NCBI GenBank assembly: GCA_016182095.1
Contig: JACOXY010000001.1
Span: forward strand, 1 to 57,993
DNA: 57,993 bases
Direction of reading: 5' to 3'
Source of the DNA: Candidatus Liptonbacteria bacterium
Lineage (GTDB): Bacteria > Patescibacteriota > Minisyncoccia > UBA6257 > JACOXY01
Of the stretch, positions 37,360-47,187 are shown piece after piece. The notes beneath the pieces were generated by a model, which was not told the origin of the DNA, made no database searches, and saw only the letters and a list, made by a program, of their open reading frames with translations. How positions within the stretch are numbered: the first letter of the stretch is position 1; every line of letters starts with the position of its first letter. The translations under genes were made by a program, and so were the position numbers.

Positions 37360-38214
37360 CTATTCAAAACATGATTTTAATAAATCAACATTTTTCTTGT
37401 CAGGACCCATATCGTCAAATCCGGGAACTTCCAAAATCCAAGCCGCGTGATGCAGGCGTTTTTCTCTTGCCAAATTCTTAAATCCCTCCAAACCAATATG
37501 CCCTTCACCGATATTTTCATGCCTATCATGCCGTGAATTAAACGCGCTTTTGGAGTCATTCACATGAAGCGCCACAATATTTTCTAATCCGACTTCTTTG
37601 TCCCATTCGTCAAAAAACGTTCTAATCGTTCTATCGTCATAACGTTCTATCGCACCAGCTTCAAAGGCGTGCGCCGTATCATAGCAAACCTTCACGCGAT
37701 CACTGTGAATGGCGCGGAGCATGGCGCCAATTTCCTTGGCGTCATATCCCAATTTTTCTCCGCCACCGGCGGCATTTTCAATAATAAGGCGCGAGGTCCC
37801 CGGCGTTTTTGTTAAAATCCGTTTTATTGCCGAAATAGCGATTTTCATGGCTTCTTCTTTCGGATGGTCATTTTTCCCGGAACCGACATGAAAAATCACT
37901 CCATCCGCGTGAAGCGCGTCAGAAATTTTGAGCGATATTTGGAGATTGTTTTCTGATTTCAAGAGCATCTCGGCGTTTGCGGTTCCCAAGTTCACCAGAT
38001 AGGTACCGTGTAAATATACCTTTTTCACATTGCTTTTATCGCGCGACACCCTGAACTTTTTCACCATGTCCTCGTCGGGAAGCTTCGCGTGCCACTGCCT
38101 TGGAGACGAACCAAAAATCTGTATGGCTTCCGCGCCAATTCGTTCCGCATTTATGATGGCATTATAGAGTCCACCTGCGGTGGAAACATGGGCGCCGATT
38201 AAGGGCATGGACAT
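37360..38214 (-). CDS. nfo: Endonuclease IV
   Basis: GAHVSTAGG, FHVGS, ENAAG, DTAHAF, HVNDSK, DRHENIGEG. Confidence 0.96.
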   Translation of the reverse strand: MSMPLIGAHVSTAGGLYNAIINAERIGAEAIQIFGSSPRQWHAKLPDEDMVKKFRVSRDKSNVKKVYLHGTYLVNLGTANAEMLLKSENNLQISLKISDALHADGVIFHVGSGKNDHPKEEAMKIAISAIKRILTKTPGTSRLIIENAAGGGEKLGYDAKEIGAMLRAIHSDRVKVCYDTAHAFEAGAIERYDDRTIRTFFDEWDKEVGLENIVALHVNDSKSAFNSRHDRHENIGEGHIGLEGFKNLAREKRLHHAAWILEVPGFDDMGPDKKNVDLLKSCFE

Positions 38215-38261
38215 AAAACCAATATATCACAAGATCATTAAATCATAAAAACAATCTTGTT

Positions 38262-38313
38262 GAAGTCCGACCTCCAAAAAAACCGCCGCGCAATATTGGG
38301 GAGGTCGGACTTC
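38262..38313. repeat. REP-like palindrome
   Basis: GAAGTCCGACCTCC...GGAGGTCGGACTTC (14-bp perfect stem). Confidence 0.7.
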
Positions 38314-38370
38314 CGGGGAAAAAGCCCACTAAGACTTATGGAATAGATGAGACCTATGAGGTTCCGCAAA

Positions 38371-40422
38371 TCAAGACAAGTCGTGCTCCCCAATCTTCAT
38401 CTCCCAAATTTCTTTGCCGACATATTTTTCTACCCACTCAAAATCGCGCAGTAACTCCGATTCTTTCTGTTTTTCTTCGGAAGAAAATTCGCCATTAACA
38501 CGATTTTTTCTTAAAGCGACGAGCTCCGCCTCAATGTCGCGCTTTAATACGGCAAACCCACGCATGATTCCAGATTCAACCTGCTTAACATGGTCAAGAA
38601 AAAGCTTATGTTTTTTCCTTCCCTGAATAAAGTGGAATGCGCTGTAGGCGATTAGCACGAAAGCCAAAATGAGAAATAGGGTGATAATTATTAGATATAA
38701 AGCTTCTCGACTTAACCTTGATGCTCCAAACTGGAGCGCGGAGAGTGAAACAAAAACATCAAACCTGGGGCTGGGCGGACTTTTCACGTCATTTAATTCC
38801 GCCTGCACCCACAGCGTATAACGCCCGGCAGGAAGAAAGCCGGCGCGGCTATAAAACCAATCGCCCTTACCATCGGACATAACGCGCTCAATAAAAGTTT
38901 CTCCGGTTTGCTCGCTTTGGATATAGACAATGACTGCTTCATTGGTATTGGTTGTCTTCCCGCCGATATACAAAACTTCATTATTCGTGATATTGGACGG
39001 CGCAAGCGTCACATAGGGCGCGGGCAGAGCCGCAGTTTCGGCAAGAGTAGTATTCGGCAATAAGCCGAGCAATGACCAAAGCGATAAAATCAAAATCAAA
39101 ATTTTTCCGTATTTGTTGCGGTATCTTTTTAGTTCATCCACAAGCGGCTGAACTTCCACGGGAATCGCTCCCAGGCTCTTTTTGCTTATAATGCCGTGAT
39201 GCCATTTTCTGAATCTAATTCCGCTATAAAGCAAAAGCGCTATAATAATGGAGGCTATAATCCAAATCATAACCCAAGGAACGGTGTAAATTCCCCATAT
39301 TCGCAATCCTTCTCCAGTCACTAAGCGAAAGATGGTTCGCCGAATCTCTATTCTTGTCCTCTCATCGCTCCAATTTCCTGCTTTGTCATAAGCTCTTACT
39401 ATAAAATCATAAGAACCGATATCAAGTGCCGTAAGGGCAATGGGGCTCGTGGTTTCAATAAAAAAACTTTCGGTGGCTCCTCTCACAAGCGCGGTCCCCT
39501 TAGGGTTATTAAGCGGTACCAATTTATATTCATAGTGATCAATGCCGGAATCGCGATCGGATGAGAAAAAGCTCACCACCAAATTACGACCCACGGTTTT
39601 AATACCAGGCAGAACTTCGATTGAGAATTCCGCGGGCGGATCACGGTCAATATTTACCGCAAAGTGAGTTGTGCCACCCCAAGCATCGCCACCCTTCCCC
39701 TTTATATGAAAATAATGTATGCCGCTTTTTAGATCGTTGTAGCCAATAGAAGTTTTTAATCCCTCTGAAATATCATCGGGAGTCTCCACGGGATTATCGC
39801 TTAATACATAACTATAAGAAGAAATTTTGGGATCGCTTGGCCAGGCTAAGACAAGATTGCCCGATTGATACCACTTGCCTTGGTCGGGGTGAGTCGCCGA
39901 TACAACATGAGGACCCGCGGGCGGCGGCAAAGTAAAATAATAAATCGCATTTATCACGTCCCTTAAGATATCGGTCCCCTTGCCGTCATTTAAGAGCACT
40001 TTAGAATTATCCTGAAATTTTATGACCGCCTCGCCAACGCGCCTCACTCTAAAATTTATAGATGTGATAAGACCATCGGTCGTATTTATCCCCTTGGGAA
40101 TCCCTCCTTGCAAATGAGCCACTCCGTTTTCATTATCCACAGTCGGGATTGTAGTCCAAATAGCCGCTATTGATTTCCCCACCGCAGGAGAAATAATCTG
40201 CAACTTATCGGCTGGAAATTTTAAATAAATATCAAAAAGGTTTATTGATTCGCCCTCGGTATCAATATAAATGGAGGCGCTAAAAGTACTGCCGAGACTA
40301 AAAGTTCCAATGGTGGGATTTATTGAGAGCGTGGCGGCTTGTGTCGCGGGGGGCGTGATAAAAATCATTAAAAGGGCGAAAAAAACCAAGCCCGCATTAG
40401 CTCTTATTGACAATTTAGGCAT
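38371..40422 (-). CDS. Secreted/membrane protein with N-terminal cohesin-like domain, Ig-like modules and internal plus C-terminal TM segments (start taken at MPKLS)
   Basis: ATLSINP..GSTFSASIYID...GESIN...LKFPADKL...GGIP...F...V..NDG.GT pattern typical of cohesin-like domains. Confidence 0.75.
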   Translation of the reverse strand: MPKLSIRANAGLVFFALLMIFITPPATQAATLSINPTIGTFSLGSTFSASIYIDTEGESINLFDIYLKFPADKLQIISPAVGKSIAAIWTTIPTVDNENGVAHLQGGIPKGINTTDGLITSINFRVRRVGEAVIKFQDNSKVLLNDGKGTDILRDVINAIYYFTLPPPAGPHVVSATHPDQGKWYQSGNLVLAWPSDPKISSYSYVLSDNPVETPDDISEGLKTSIGYNDLKSGIHYFHIKGKGGDAWGGTTHFAVNIDRDPPAEFSIEVLPGIKTVGRNLVVSFFSSDRDSGIDHYEYKLVPLNNPKGTALVRGATESFFIETTSPIALTALDIGSYDFIVRAYDKAGNWSDERTRIEIRRTIFRLVTGEGLRIWGIYTVPWVMIWIIASIIIALLLYSGIRFRKWHHGIISKKSLGAIPVEVQPLVDELKRYRNKYGKILILILSLWSLLGLLPNTTLAETAALPAPYVTLAPSNITNNEVLYIGGKTTNTNEAVIVYIQSEQTGETFIERVMSDGKGDWFYSRAGFLPAGRYTLWVQAELNDVKSPPSPRFDVFVSLSALQFGASRLSREALYLIIITLFLILAFVLIAYSAFHFIQGRKKHKLFLDHVKQVESGIMRGFAVLKRDIEAELVALRKNRVNGEFSSEEKQKESELLRDFEWVEKYVGKEIWEMKIGEHDLS

Positions 40423-40561
40423 ACCCAGTATATCAACTTCCAGCGTGATTTTATCTTTGAAAGATAAAATCAGCAGATTTGAAAATTTATTAATATTTAC
40501 AGTGAAAAGTTGATGAAGCTGATTGGCAATTCTACCCCGCAAGTTATGGGGTGCTGACCAA

Positions 40562-41470
40562 TTACGATCTCCGAAAAAAACGGAGCGCGAACTTAATGAT
40601 TAAGGCTAGGCCCGCTAAAACAAGCGCGTAAATCGCGGCAGTATTTATAATCGGCGGGATGGTATAGGCGATTTTACCGCTTACATCTCCGGTCAAGGAA
40701 GTCGCGCGCACCTCTACTCCCCAGGCATTATCCGGGATTTTCATCGGGCTTGCGGCCGGAATCCACTCGCTCCAGGAAAATAAACTGAAAAATCTTGCCT
40801 CGGTTTTTTTCAAACTTGAAATTTCGTTGTCAAATGCCCAAACCACGAGCCGCGAACCCTCGGATTTGTTCTCTATAACGTCCAAAGCCGCTATTTTCGG
40901 CGCTAGTATTTCATTTCTATCAAAACCCTTCTCGCCGCCGGGGGAAGATGAACCCGCGCCGGATTTAATAAGATAGTTAAATTGTTCGCTTACGACCCTT
41001 GCCTTCGTTCCCAATCCATCCGAATAATAAACATTGCCTTTTTTGAATTTAGTGTACGCCGGCCCCAATGCCTTAACTCTAAAATGCAGTGTTATGAGTT
41101 CCCCTCCCTTTCCGCTCCAGCCGCTTATATTGCCGCCGGTAACCAAAAAAACATTGCCTTCGGGTATCGCAGGCCCATCTTTCCAGAGTTGAATAATGGA
41201 ATTTTTTGTTTCAAAGGCGTAAAGTTCCAATGTTCCAGACGAGTATTCAATCGCCGCGTCAAAAACATTTACCGCGCGGGGGGCAGAAATTAAAACCTTG
41301 ACTGTGAATCGCTCACCCACGCTTAGATTTTCACTGCGGCCAGAAAAATAAAGATGAACATCTTCTTGCGTTTCGTTAGCAGAGACAGAAAATAAAGAAA
41401 TCAAAAACACGAAACTTGTGAAAATAAGAATGAGGGGAAAGAATTTCGCGATAGGGGTTTTATAAGTCAT
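40562..41470 (-). CDS. Cohesin-like domain protein with C-terminal TM anchor
   Basis: Signal peptide, VGERFTVKVLI...VNVFDAAIEYS...L.F...G.VYYSDGLGT; terminal hydrophobic helix plus RRS. Confidence 0.7.
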   Translation of the reverse strand: MTYKTPIAKFFPLILIFTSFVFLISLFSVSANETQEDVHLYFSGRSENLSVGERFTVKVLISAPRAVNVFDAAIEYSSGTLELYAFETKNSIIQLWKDGPAIPEGNVFLVTGGNISGWSGKGGELITLHFRVKALGPAYTKFKKGNVYYSDGLGTKARVVSEQFNYLIKSGAGSSSPGGEKGFDRNEILAPKIAALDVIENKSEGSRLVVWAFDNEISSLKKTEARFFSLFSWSEWIPAASPMKIPDNAWGVEVRATSLTGDVSGKIAYTIPPIINTAAIYALVLAGLALIIKFALRFFRRS

Positions 41471-41546
41471 ATAAGTAATTTTAATCTTGTAAGTCTGATG
41501 GGTCGTATAAGTCTAATGAGTCGTATAAGTCTGATGAATCTTATCA

Positions 41547-42410
41547 TTATGTCCAATAGTAAAAGAGATGTGAAATATCAAAAAAATCAAGGCGGCCATC
41601 AGAAGTTAAGTCATATTTCAATCTTTCCTTAAGATCGCCATTTTCAAAATGATATAACAGAATGCTTAAATCCACCACATCCATAATGCCGTCTTCGTTA
41701 AAATCTCCGTAAACAAACGAAGCCGGAATTTCTATCGGTTCATCAAAGCCAAAGATTTTTTTAAGAATCGTGAGCGGCTTCTTAATAATTTCTATAATAG
41801 CGCCGATACCGGGACTAATGCTTCCTCCGCCACCTCCGCCAGAACTTGGAGGCACTGGGGAAGCAACGACCAGTGACAAAAGTTCCACGGATGAAGTAGC
41901 GGTACTAGAGCCATTACTGCCATCAACCGCCTTAACGCTCGCAATCCAATTCTCCGACGGATATGAAGAGTTGGCATCAGTAGCTTCCGCGAGATACCAT
42001 ACCTTTACCGTCCCCGAAGCATCGCCATCGGTATCAGCCCCGCCCGCACAAGTGTTGCCGACCTCCGAAAGAGTAATATCGCGATAACAATTATTATCAT
42101 CAGCAACGCAATTTACTCCCACGCCCGAACGATAAAGAACCGCGGATATAGTGCCGCTCGCGAAAACATCATCACAGCCGTCGGAATCCGAAATGGAAGC
42201 GGTTATGGTAATCGTTGTTGACGTATTTTCGGTAAGCGTTATCGGGTCGGGGCTTACGACGACACTCGCGACAACCGGAGTCGCGCCGGAAATAGAAACG
42301 GTCGGGATGGTATCATCGGCATAACTACGCGCTACAATTCCCAGAAATACCACGGCGGCAAAATAAGAAACAAAAACAAAAAAAGTCAGTTTGTTTTGAA
42401 AGATGGGCAT
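41547..42410 (-). CDS. Secreted protein: Cys-containing domain plus dockerin-like C-terminus
   Basis: GDFNEDGIMDVVDLSILL and YDLTSDGRLDFFDIS paired Ca-binding loops. Confidence 0.75.
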   Translation of the reverse strand: MPIFQNKLTFFVFVSYFAAVVFLGIVARSYADDTIPTVSISGATPVVASVVVSPDPITLTENTSTTITITASISDSDGCDDVFASGTISAVLYRSGVGVNCVADDNNCYRDITLSEVGNTCAGGADTDGDASGTVKVWYLAEATDANSSYPSENWIASVKAVDGSNGSSTATSSVELLSLVVASPVPPSSGGGGGGSISPGIGAIIEIIKKPLTILKKIFGFDEPIEIPASFVYGDFNEDGIMDVVDLSILLYHFENGDLKERLKYDLTSDGRLDFFDISHLFYYWT

Positions 42411-42498
42411 AGCTTCCTTTTATTATACGTCAATAACGCCCGCAAAACGATTGTGGATTAGTCGCGTTAAAAAACAACGCTTCGCAAAGCGTTGTTTT

Positions 42499-43407
42499 TT
42501 AAACGTCGCTTGAGTTTGGAGTAGAAATAGCTTTCCTTTTTCTTCTAAAGAAAGCCGCGGCAAGCAGTAATAAAAAGATCCCGGCGCCTCCCCCGCCACC
42601 CATAGCCAAGGCAAGAGTATTCACCTTTCTCTCTGTCACGTCAAAAACAGTGCGCAGGGATTTTAAAACAGCTTTTTCGCGATAAATTTTGGCTTCGCCC
42701 CAATATTCTCCGATACCCAAACTAATACCAATTGGAAATTCAATGGTAAACGTCTCGGTTTGGAACGGTTTTATTTCAGGAAATTTTTCCACTTGAGCGA
42801 AGCCAAGACGGTTATCCCCATATTTATCAAAAATTTCAAAAGTGGCGTAATCGGGAGCAATAGCGACATTGCCCTTATTTTCAAGTGTTACCGCTACAGC
42901 CGGGCCATCACCCTCGTGAATGTCCAGAATGTCAAGTTTCTTGATTTCAAAATCAACCACCAGGTCGTTGCCAACTGCTATATTTAATTCAATGCGCGCC
43001 CCGGTCGCGATATTTATCTGCGCTCCTTCTTCCCGACTGGGAACGCTTATCACCCTTAGCACTCCTTTGTAAATTCCCAGTTCGGCATTTTGAGGAACGT
43101 TAATAAGGACCTTAACCGGAAATTGTCGCGTGCCCTTTGGAATAATAAAATCTTGCCCGGCGTCCAGTGAAACCCAATCCTTAACTTTTTCCGGCAACTC
43201 AAACGAAGCCTGAATTTTTAAATCATAATCCGGCTTTCCTTGCACAAGATAAATAACGCTCTCAAAACGAGATCCGGGAATAAGTTTGATGGCATTAATA
43301 AAAGGAGGAGAAACGCCAAAAGCGCTCGCAGAATTGGTCTGTAAAGAAAAGAGTCCCAAAAACAGAGCAAGAAAAATCCCTCCCCTAAAAAGTCTTACGC
43401 ATTGCAT
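42499..43407 (-). CDS. Membrane-anchored beta-rich protein (DUF916/WxL-interacting-like)
   Basis: Signal peptide, FGVSPP, VP.NAELG.Y.G.L, second Ig-like module, C-terminal TM plus RRKRK. Confidence 0.55.
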   Translation of the reverse strand: MQCVRLFRGGIFLALFLGLFSLQTNSASAFGVSPPFINAIKLIPGSRFESVIYLVQGKPDYDLKIQASFELPEKVKDWVSLDAGQDFIIPKGTRQFPVKVLINVPQNAELGIYKGVLRVISVPSREEGAQINIATGARIELNIAVGNDLVVDFEIKKLDILDIHEGDGPAVAVTLENKGNVAIAPDYATFEIFDKYGDNRLGFAQVEKFPEIKPFQTETFTIEFPIGISLGIGEYWGEAKIYREKAVLKSLRTVFDVTERKVNTLALAMGGGGGAGIFLLLLAAAFFRRKRKAISTPNSSDV

Positions 43408-43576
43408 ATTAGTTAATTGCCTATTATGTGACCCCCATAAATAATCCCCACAACACGCCCACTCTTTCTAACAGGGCACATGCGTTTATTTTAACATAAA
43501 AGAGATTGCTAAACAAGCAACCTCATAATTGTACCTGGATTCCTGCCTTCGCAGGAACGACAACAATATGATTGGC

Positions 43577-44530
43577 TTATGGGCTAAATACGGCGGTAAA
43601 AGTAGTGGTCCCTGTATAGCTACCATTAGCTTGGCCGTTAGGAACTGCTAATCCCCAAAAAGTGCTGGACGCAGAGGCAGTGGTTGAGGCAGTAGCAACG
43701 CCAATATTCCACTCACGAACCGTGGGGCTGGTAGAAAGCGTATAAGTGAGCGAGGCATAGGTCAAGGTACTGGACGCGTATTTTTGCTGACCAACATCAA
43801 TACTGTTGCCGCTGGAAACCAAATTAGCTCCGGAAATCTCAAGATCAATCGCGCCATTACCGGTATTGGTAGTCGTCGCCACTTGATTAGTCGCGCCGGT
43901 GTTATCGTTCGCCGCTACTGAACCATAGTTAATCGTCGCTGTTACATTCAGCGCGGTAGTAGTATTAATTTCAACCGTGGAACTGGCGCCATCTATTTGC
44001 AAAGATGACGAGCTTTGAGAATCAGTCGCCGTCACCAGAGCTACCCAATTTTGGGCCGAATAAGTTGAGCTGGCGTCTGTCGCGTCCACAAAATACCACA
44101 CTGATGTAGTACCAACCGCGTCTCCGGCGGTATCACTGCTACCAGTGCAAGTATTATTAACTTCCACAAGAGTAATGTTTCTGTAACAATTTAAGTCATC
44201 GGCGGTGCATGACGAAGTGGCCGTCACCCCAGAGCGATAAAAGACGGCGGTTATGGTGCCATCTGTAAAAACAGTGTCACAGCCATTGCCGTCAGAGATA
44301 GTTGCCGTAATTGTTACTGAAGTCGTTGTATTTTCGTTTGGAGTTATGGGATCCGGCGATATCGCGGTAGCTGACACCGATGGTCTTGCGTTTCCAACAG
44401 ACACGGATGTTACCGAGTCATTGGAGTCGGCAAAAACAGAGTTCAAAAGTATAGTGCTCGCAATCAAAAATCCGGCAAGTAAAATTGCCGCGGCGGCATA
44501 AGATTTAATTAACGAGCTAGTGGTGCTCAT
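43577..44530 (-). CDS. Secreted protein: Cys domain plus WxL/fimbrial-like C-terminal domain
   Basis: YRSGV..C.ADD.NCY; ends FWGLAVPNGQANGSYTGTTTFTA. Confidence 0.7.
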   Translation of the reverse strand: MSTTSSLIKSYAAAAILLAGFLIASTILLNSVFADSNDSVTSVSVGNARPSVSATAISPDPITPNENTTTSVTITATISDGNGCDTVFTDGTITAVFYRSGVTATSSCTADDLNCYRNITLVEVNNTCTGSSDTAGDAVGTTSVWYFVDATDASSTYSAQNWVALVTATDSQSSSSLQIDGASSTVEINTTTALNVTATINYGSVAANDNTGATNQVATTTNTGNGAIDLEISGANLVSSGNSIDVGQQKYASSTLTYASLTYTLSTSPTVREWNIGVATASTTASASSTFWGLAVPNGQANGSYTGTTTFTAVFSP

Positions 44531-44669
44531 AAAAAATTAATCGCTAATTTTTCAATACAATAATTATAACATTTCATATTTGACAAAAATTATACAGCTG
44601 TGGATAACTATCAAATTATTCTAATTGCTCTAAAGAAATCCCAATGCTTAAATAACAAAGAATTATTTC

Positions 44670-44757
44670 CTGAGCCCGTCGAAGGATTACTTTATTAGCC
44701 AATAAATACAGCTCTATTTTAATAAGGTAGCCCTTCGACTCGCAGACTCGCTCAGGG
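44670..44757. repeat. Inverted pair of the CCTGAGC..GTCGAAGG repeat family
   Basis: CCTGAGCCCGTCGAAGG ... CCTTCGAC..GCTCAGG; same family as 31951-31987. Confidence 0.6.
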
Positions 44758-44804
44758 ACTAATTCGGGCTCATCTATGCTAGATTCCATACTTGATTTCG
44801 TGGT

Positions 44805-47060
44805 TTAGTCGGCTCTCGCGGTAAAAGTGCTGGTTCCTGTGTACAATCCGCTCACACTACCATTGGAAACCGACAAGCCCCAAAATATATCATCTGTTAT
44901 GGAGGTGCTGGTAGCAGTGGGCTTTGCTAAATCAAGCTCATAAGCTGTGTCAGTAGTGGTTAAAGCCGTACAAACGGTGCAAGATGAATAAGTAAAGGTA
45001 GAGGTAGCATATTTTTGATTACCCACACTAATAGTGTTGCCGCCAAAAGTCATATCGTCGCCAGAAAGATCAATATCTATAGCTGAATTACCGGTATTCG
45101 TAACAACGGCTGTTTGAGTAGTAGCTTCAGTATTTGCTCCCGGATCAAGCGATCCATAATTTATAACCGCGGTAACTTGAAGAGCGGACAGGGTATTTAA
45201 CTGCACTCCGGACGCAGTACTGCTAACGTGAGTCGCGCTCGCGGCATCAGTACCGGTAATGCTCCCCCGCCAACTCTGGCCGGAAAAAGGCCCGGCATCG
45301 GTCGGATCAGCGTGATACCAGATATTAGCCGAACAGGTAGCGGTGCAGGAATTCCCGGAACAACCGGAGAGAGTACAGCCGGAAACCGGGTAACAATTAT
45401 TATCATCTGCCGAACATCCGGCGCCGACTCCAGAGCGGTATATTGTTCCGGTAGCCGAAGCAATATCGGCAAATCCATTGTCATCTGTTATTGTAGCGGT
45501 AAGATTTATCGAAGTGGAAGAGTTCTCAATAACTATAATTTCAGAACCGCCGTTTAGAGTAACCAGAGAAACAACCGGCGCCTGATTTCCTGACGCGGTT
45601 TTTATCTCCGGAACAACCAAGTAATCGTCAAGCACGGTATTTGAAGAGTGCACCGCGCGAAAACAATAAGTTTGGCCTGCTGGCGCGGAAAAATCAACCA
45701 AGGAAAAATCCCATTGGCCATCCTCTCCGATCTGTATAGTTGAGGTAACAGTAAAATTATTAGATTCATTATAAGTTTGATTGACAACCACGCCCCCAAC
45801 TTCATGGGTCGGATCTCCGGAGCTTGCTGTCAATAAAGATGGGGATGGCGCAGAAGTATTGTTGTAATAACGGATGTCTCCTGACGAAGTTTCAACATCA
45901 ATATAGGTTTCGCCAGTAAAATTAATATCACAGCCGCCAGCCGTAGAAGTGGCAAATTGCAGTTTAAAAGTTGAACTGCCGACATTGGAATTAGTGCCGC
46001 TTGCGTGAATCAGCATGCGTAAACGAAATTGATCGCCAATCGCGGAAAGAGTCGCCGAAGCATTGGCGCCCGCAAGCCCAGAACCGACACTAGTTGCGTT
46101 TACATTTTGAAAAAATCTATAGGAAGATTGAGCGTGGATTAGTGGAGTATATTTAATAACAATGACGCCCTGCGCGCCAGCGCCGCCGCTACCACTACTG
46201 CTTCTTCCTCCTCCTCCGCCCGCGCCGTAAGCTCCCCCAGCGCCGCCATTGGTATTATTCGCATTAGAGCCGCCGCCGCCGCCCCCAGAACCAGCAGTAG
46301 TCCATTCAGTGCCGTTTACACCATTGCTCGTTGGCGGAGTTCCGGCGGGACCCCCCGATCCACCGAAACCAGCGTCCCCAGAACCGCCAGCGGATGTTCC
46401 CGTGGACGGCTGACCAACATTGCCATCGCCGTTTAGCCCCGCCGCGCCTCCTCCTCCGCCTCCGTTCGTGTTTTTAACAGCTTGTCCGGCTCCGCCATTG
46501 CCGCCGCTCTTTCTTAAAGTTCCAACGCTGGTTGAGCTTGCTCCACCGACACCACCCGCGGGATGCGCTCCATCCGCACCAGCAGAAGCGCAGGCGGACA
46601 TAGTAGTCCCACTACAGGTTGAAGTAGAACCGGAATTATTCCAGTTAAAAAAGGTGATGACGCCGTTTGTGTCACTCGCCCCGCCTCCGCCTACCTGTAT
46701 TTTTACGGAATTGCCGGCGGATGTGGCAAAATTACTGATTTTAGCGTAAGCGCCAGCGCCACCCCCTCCGCCGCCTTGATGTGAACTGCCGCCGGAGCCC
46801 GCTCCGGGACTCCCACCGGATCCACCACCTATTAGCTCAATAGTGTTTGAGGCGTTGTTCCAGTCGCTTGGCACTATCCAAGTAGTTGAGGCGGTGTTGG
46901 TGAGGACAATGGTAACGGTATCACCCAACGCGGCTGAAGCCATGTCCACATCCGGCGGGAAAATCCAGTTTCGAATTCTGATCTGGGGATAACCATTAAA
47001 GACCCAGACCACCGAAATGATAATAATAACTATGTTTTGAAAAACTTTTTTGAAAGACAT
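44805..47060 (-). CDS. Large secreted adhesin-like protein: glycine-rich domain plus Cys domain plus WxL-like C-terminus
   Basis: W.VPSDWNN..N.IELIGGG and Gly-rich runs; C-terminal ~260 aa paralogous to 43577-44530. Confidence 0.75.
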   Translation of the reverse strand: MSFKKVFQNIVIIIISVVWVFNGYPQIRIRNWIFPPDVDMASAALGDTVTIVLTNTASTTWIVPSDWNNASNTIELIGGGSGGSPGAGSGGSSHQGGGGGGAGAYAKISNFATSAGNSVKIQVGGGGASDTNGVITFFNWNNSGSTSTCSGTTMSACASAGADGAHPAGGVGGASSTSVGTLRKSGGNGGAGQAVKNTNGGGGGGAAGLNGDGNVGQPSTGTSAGGSGDAGFGGSGGPAGTPPTSNGVNGTEWTTAGSGGGGGGSNANNTNGGAGGAYGAGGGGGRSSSGSGGAGAQGVIVIKYTPLIHAQSSYRFFQNVNATSVGSGLAGANASATLSAIGDQFRLRMLIHASGTNSNVGSSTFKLQFATSTAGGCDINFTGETYIDVETSSGDIRYYNNTSAPSPSLLTASSGDPTHEVGGVVVNQTYNESNNFTVTSTIQIGEDGQWDFSLVDFSAPAGQTYCFRAVHSSNTVLDDYLVVPEIKTASGNQAPVVSLVTLNGGSEIIVIENSSTSINLTATITDDNGFADIASATGTIYRSGVGAGCSADDNNCYPVSGCTLSGCSGNSCTATCSANIWYHADPTDAGPFSGQSWRGSITGTDAASATHVSSTASGVQLNTLSALQVTAVINYGSLDPGANTEATTQTAVVTNTGNSAIDIDLSGDDMTFGGNTISVGNQKYATSTFTYSSCTVCTALTTTDTAYELDLAKPTATSTSITDDIFWGLSVSNGSVSGLYTGTSTFTARAD

Positions 47061-47187
47061 AGTGAGAAAATAATCTCTAAATCTTGAATTCTCTGACGAA
47101 TTACTAACAAATTACTAACCTACGAATTCCTTCCTCTACGCTTGTTCACATTTTTGTACATGGTTCGTAGTTCATTAAAGAAATCCT

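Noticed and set aside
40423-40542. 40-aa N-terminal extension of the cohesin protein
   Set aside because: The signal peptide and -10 box point to ATG 40422.
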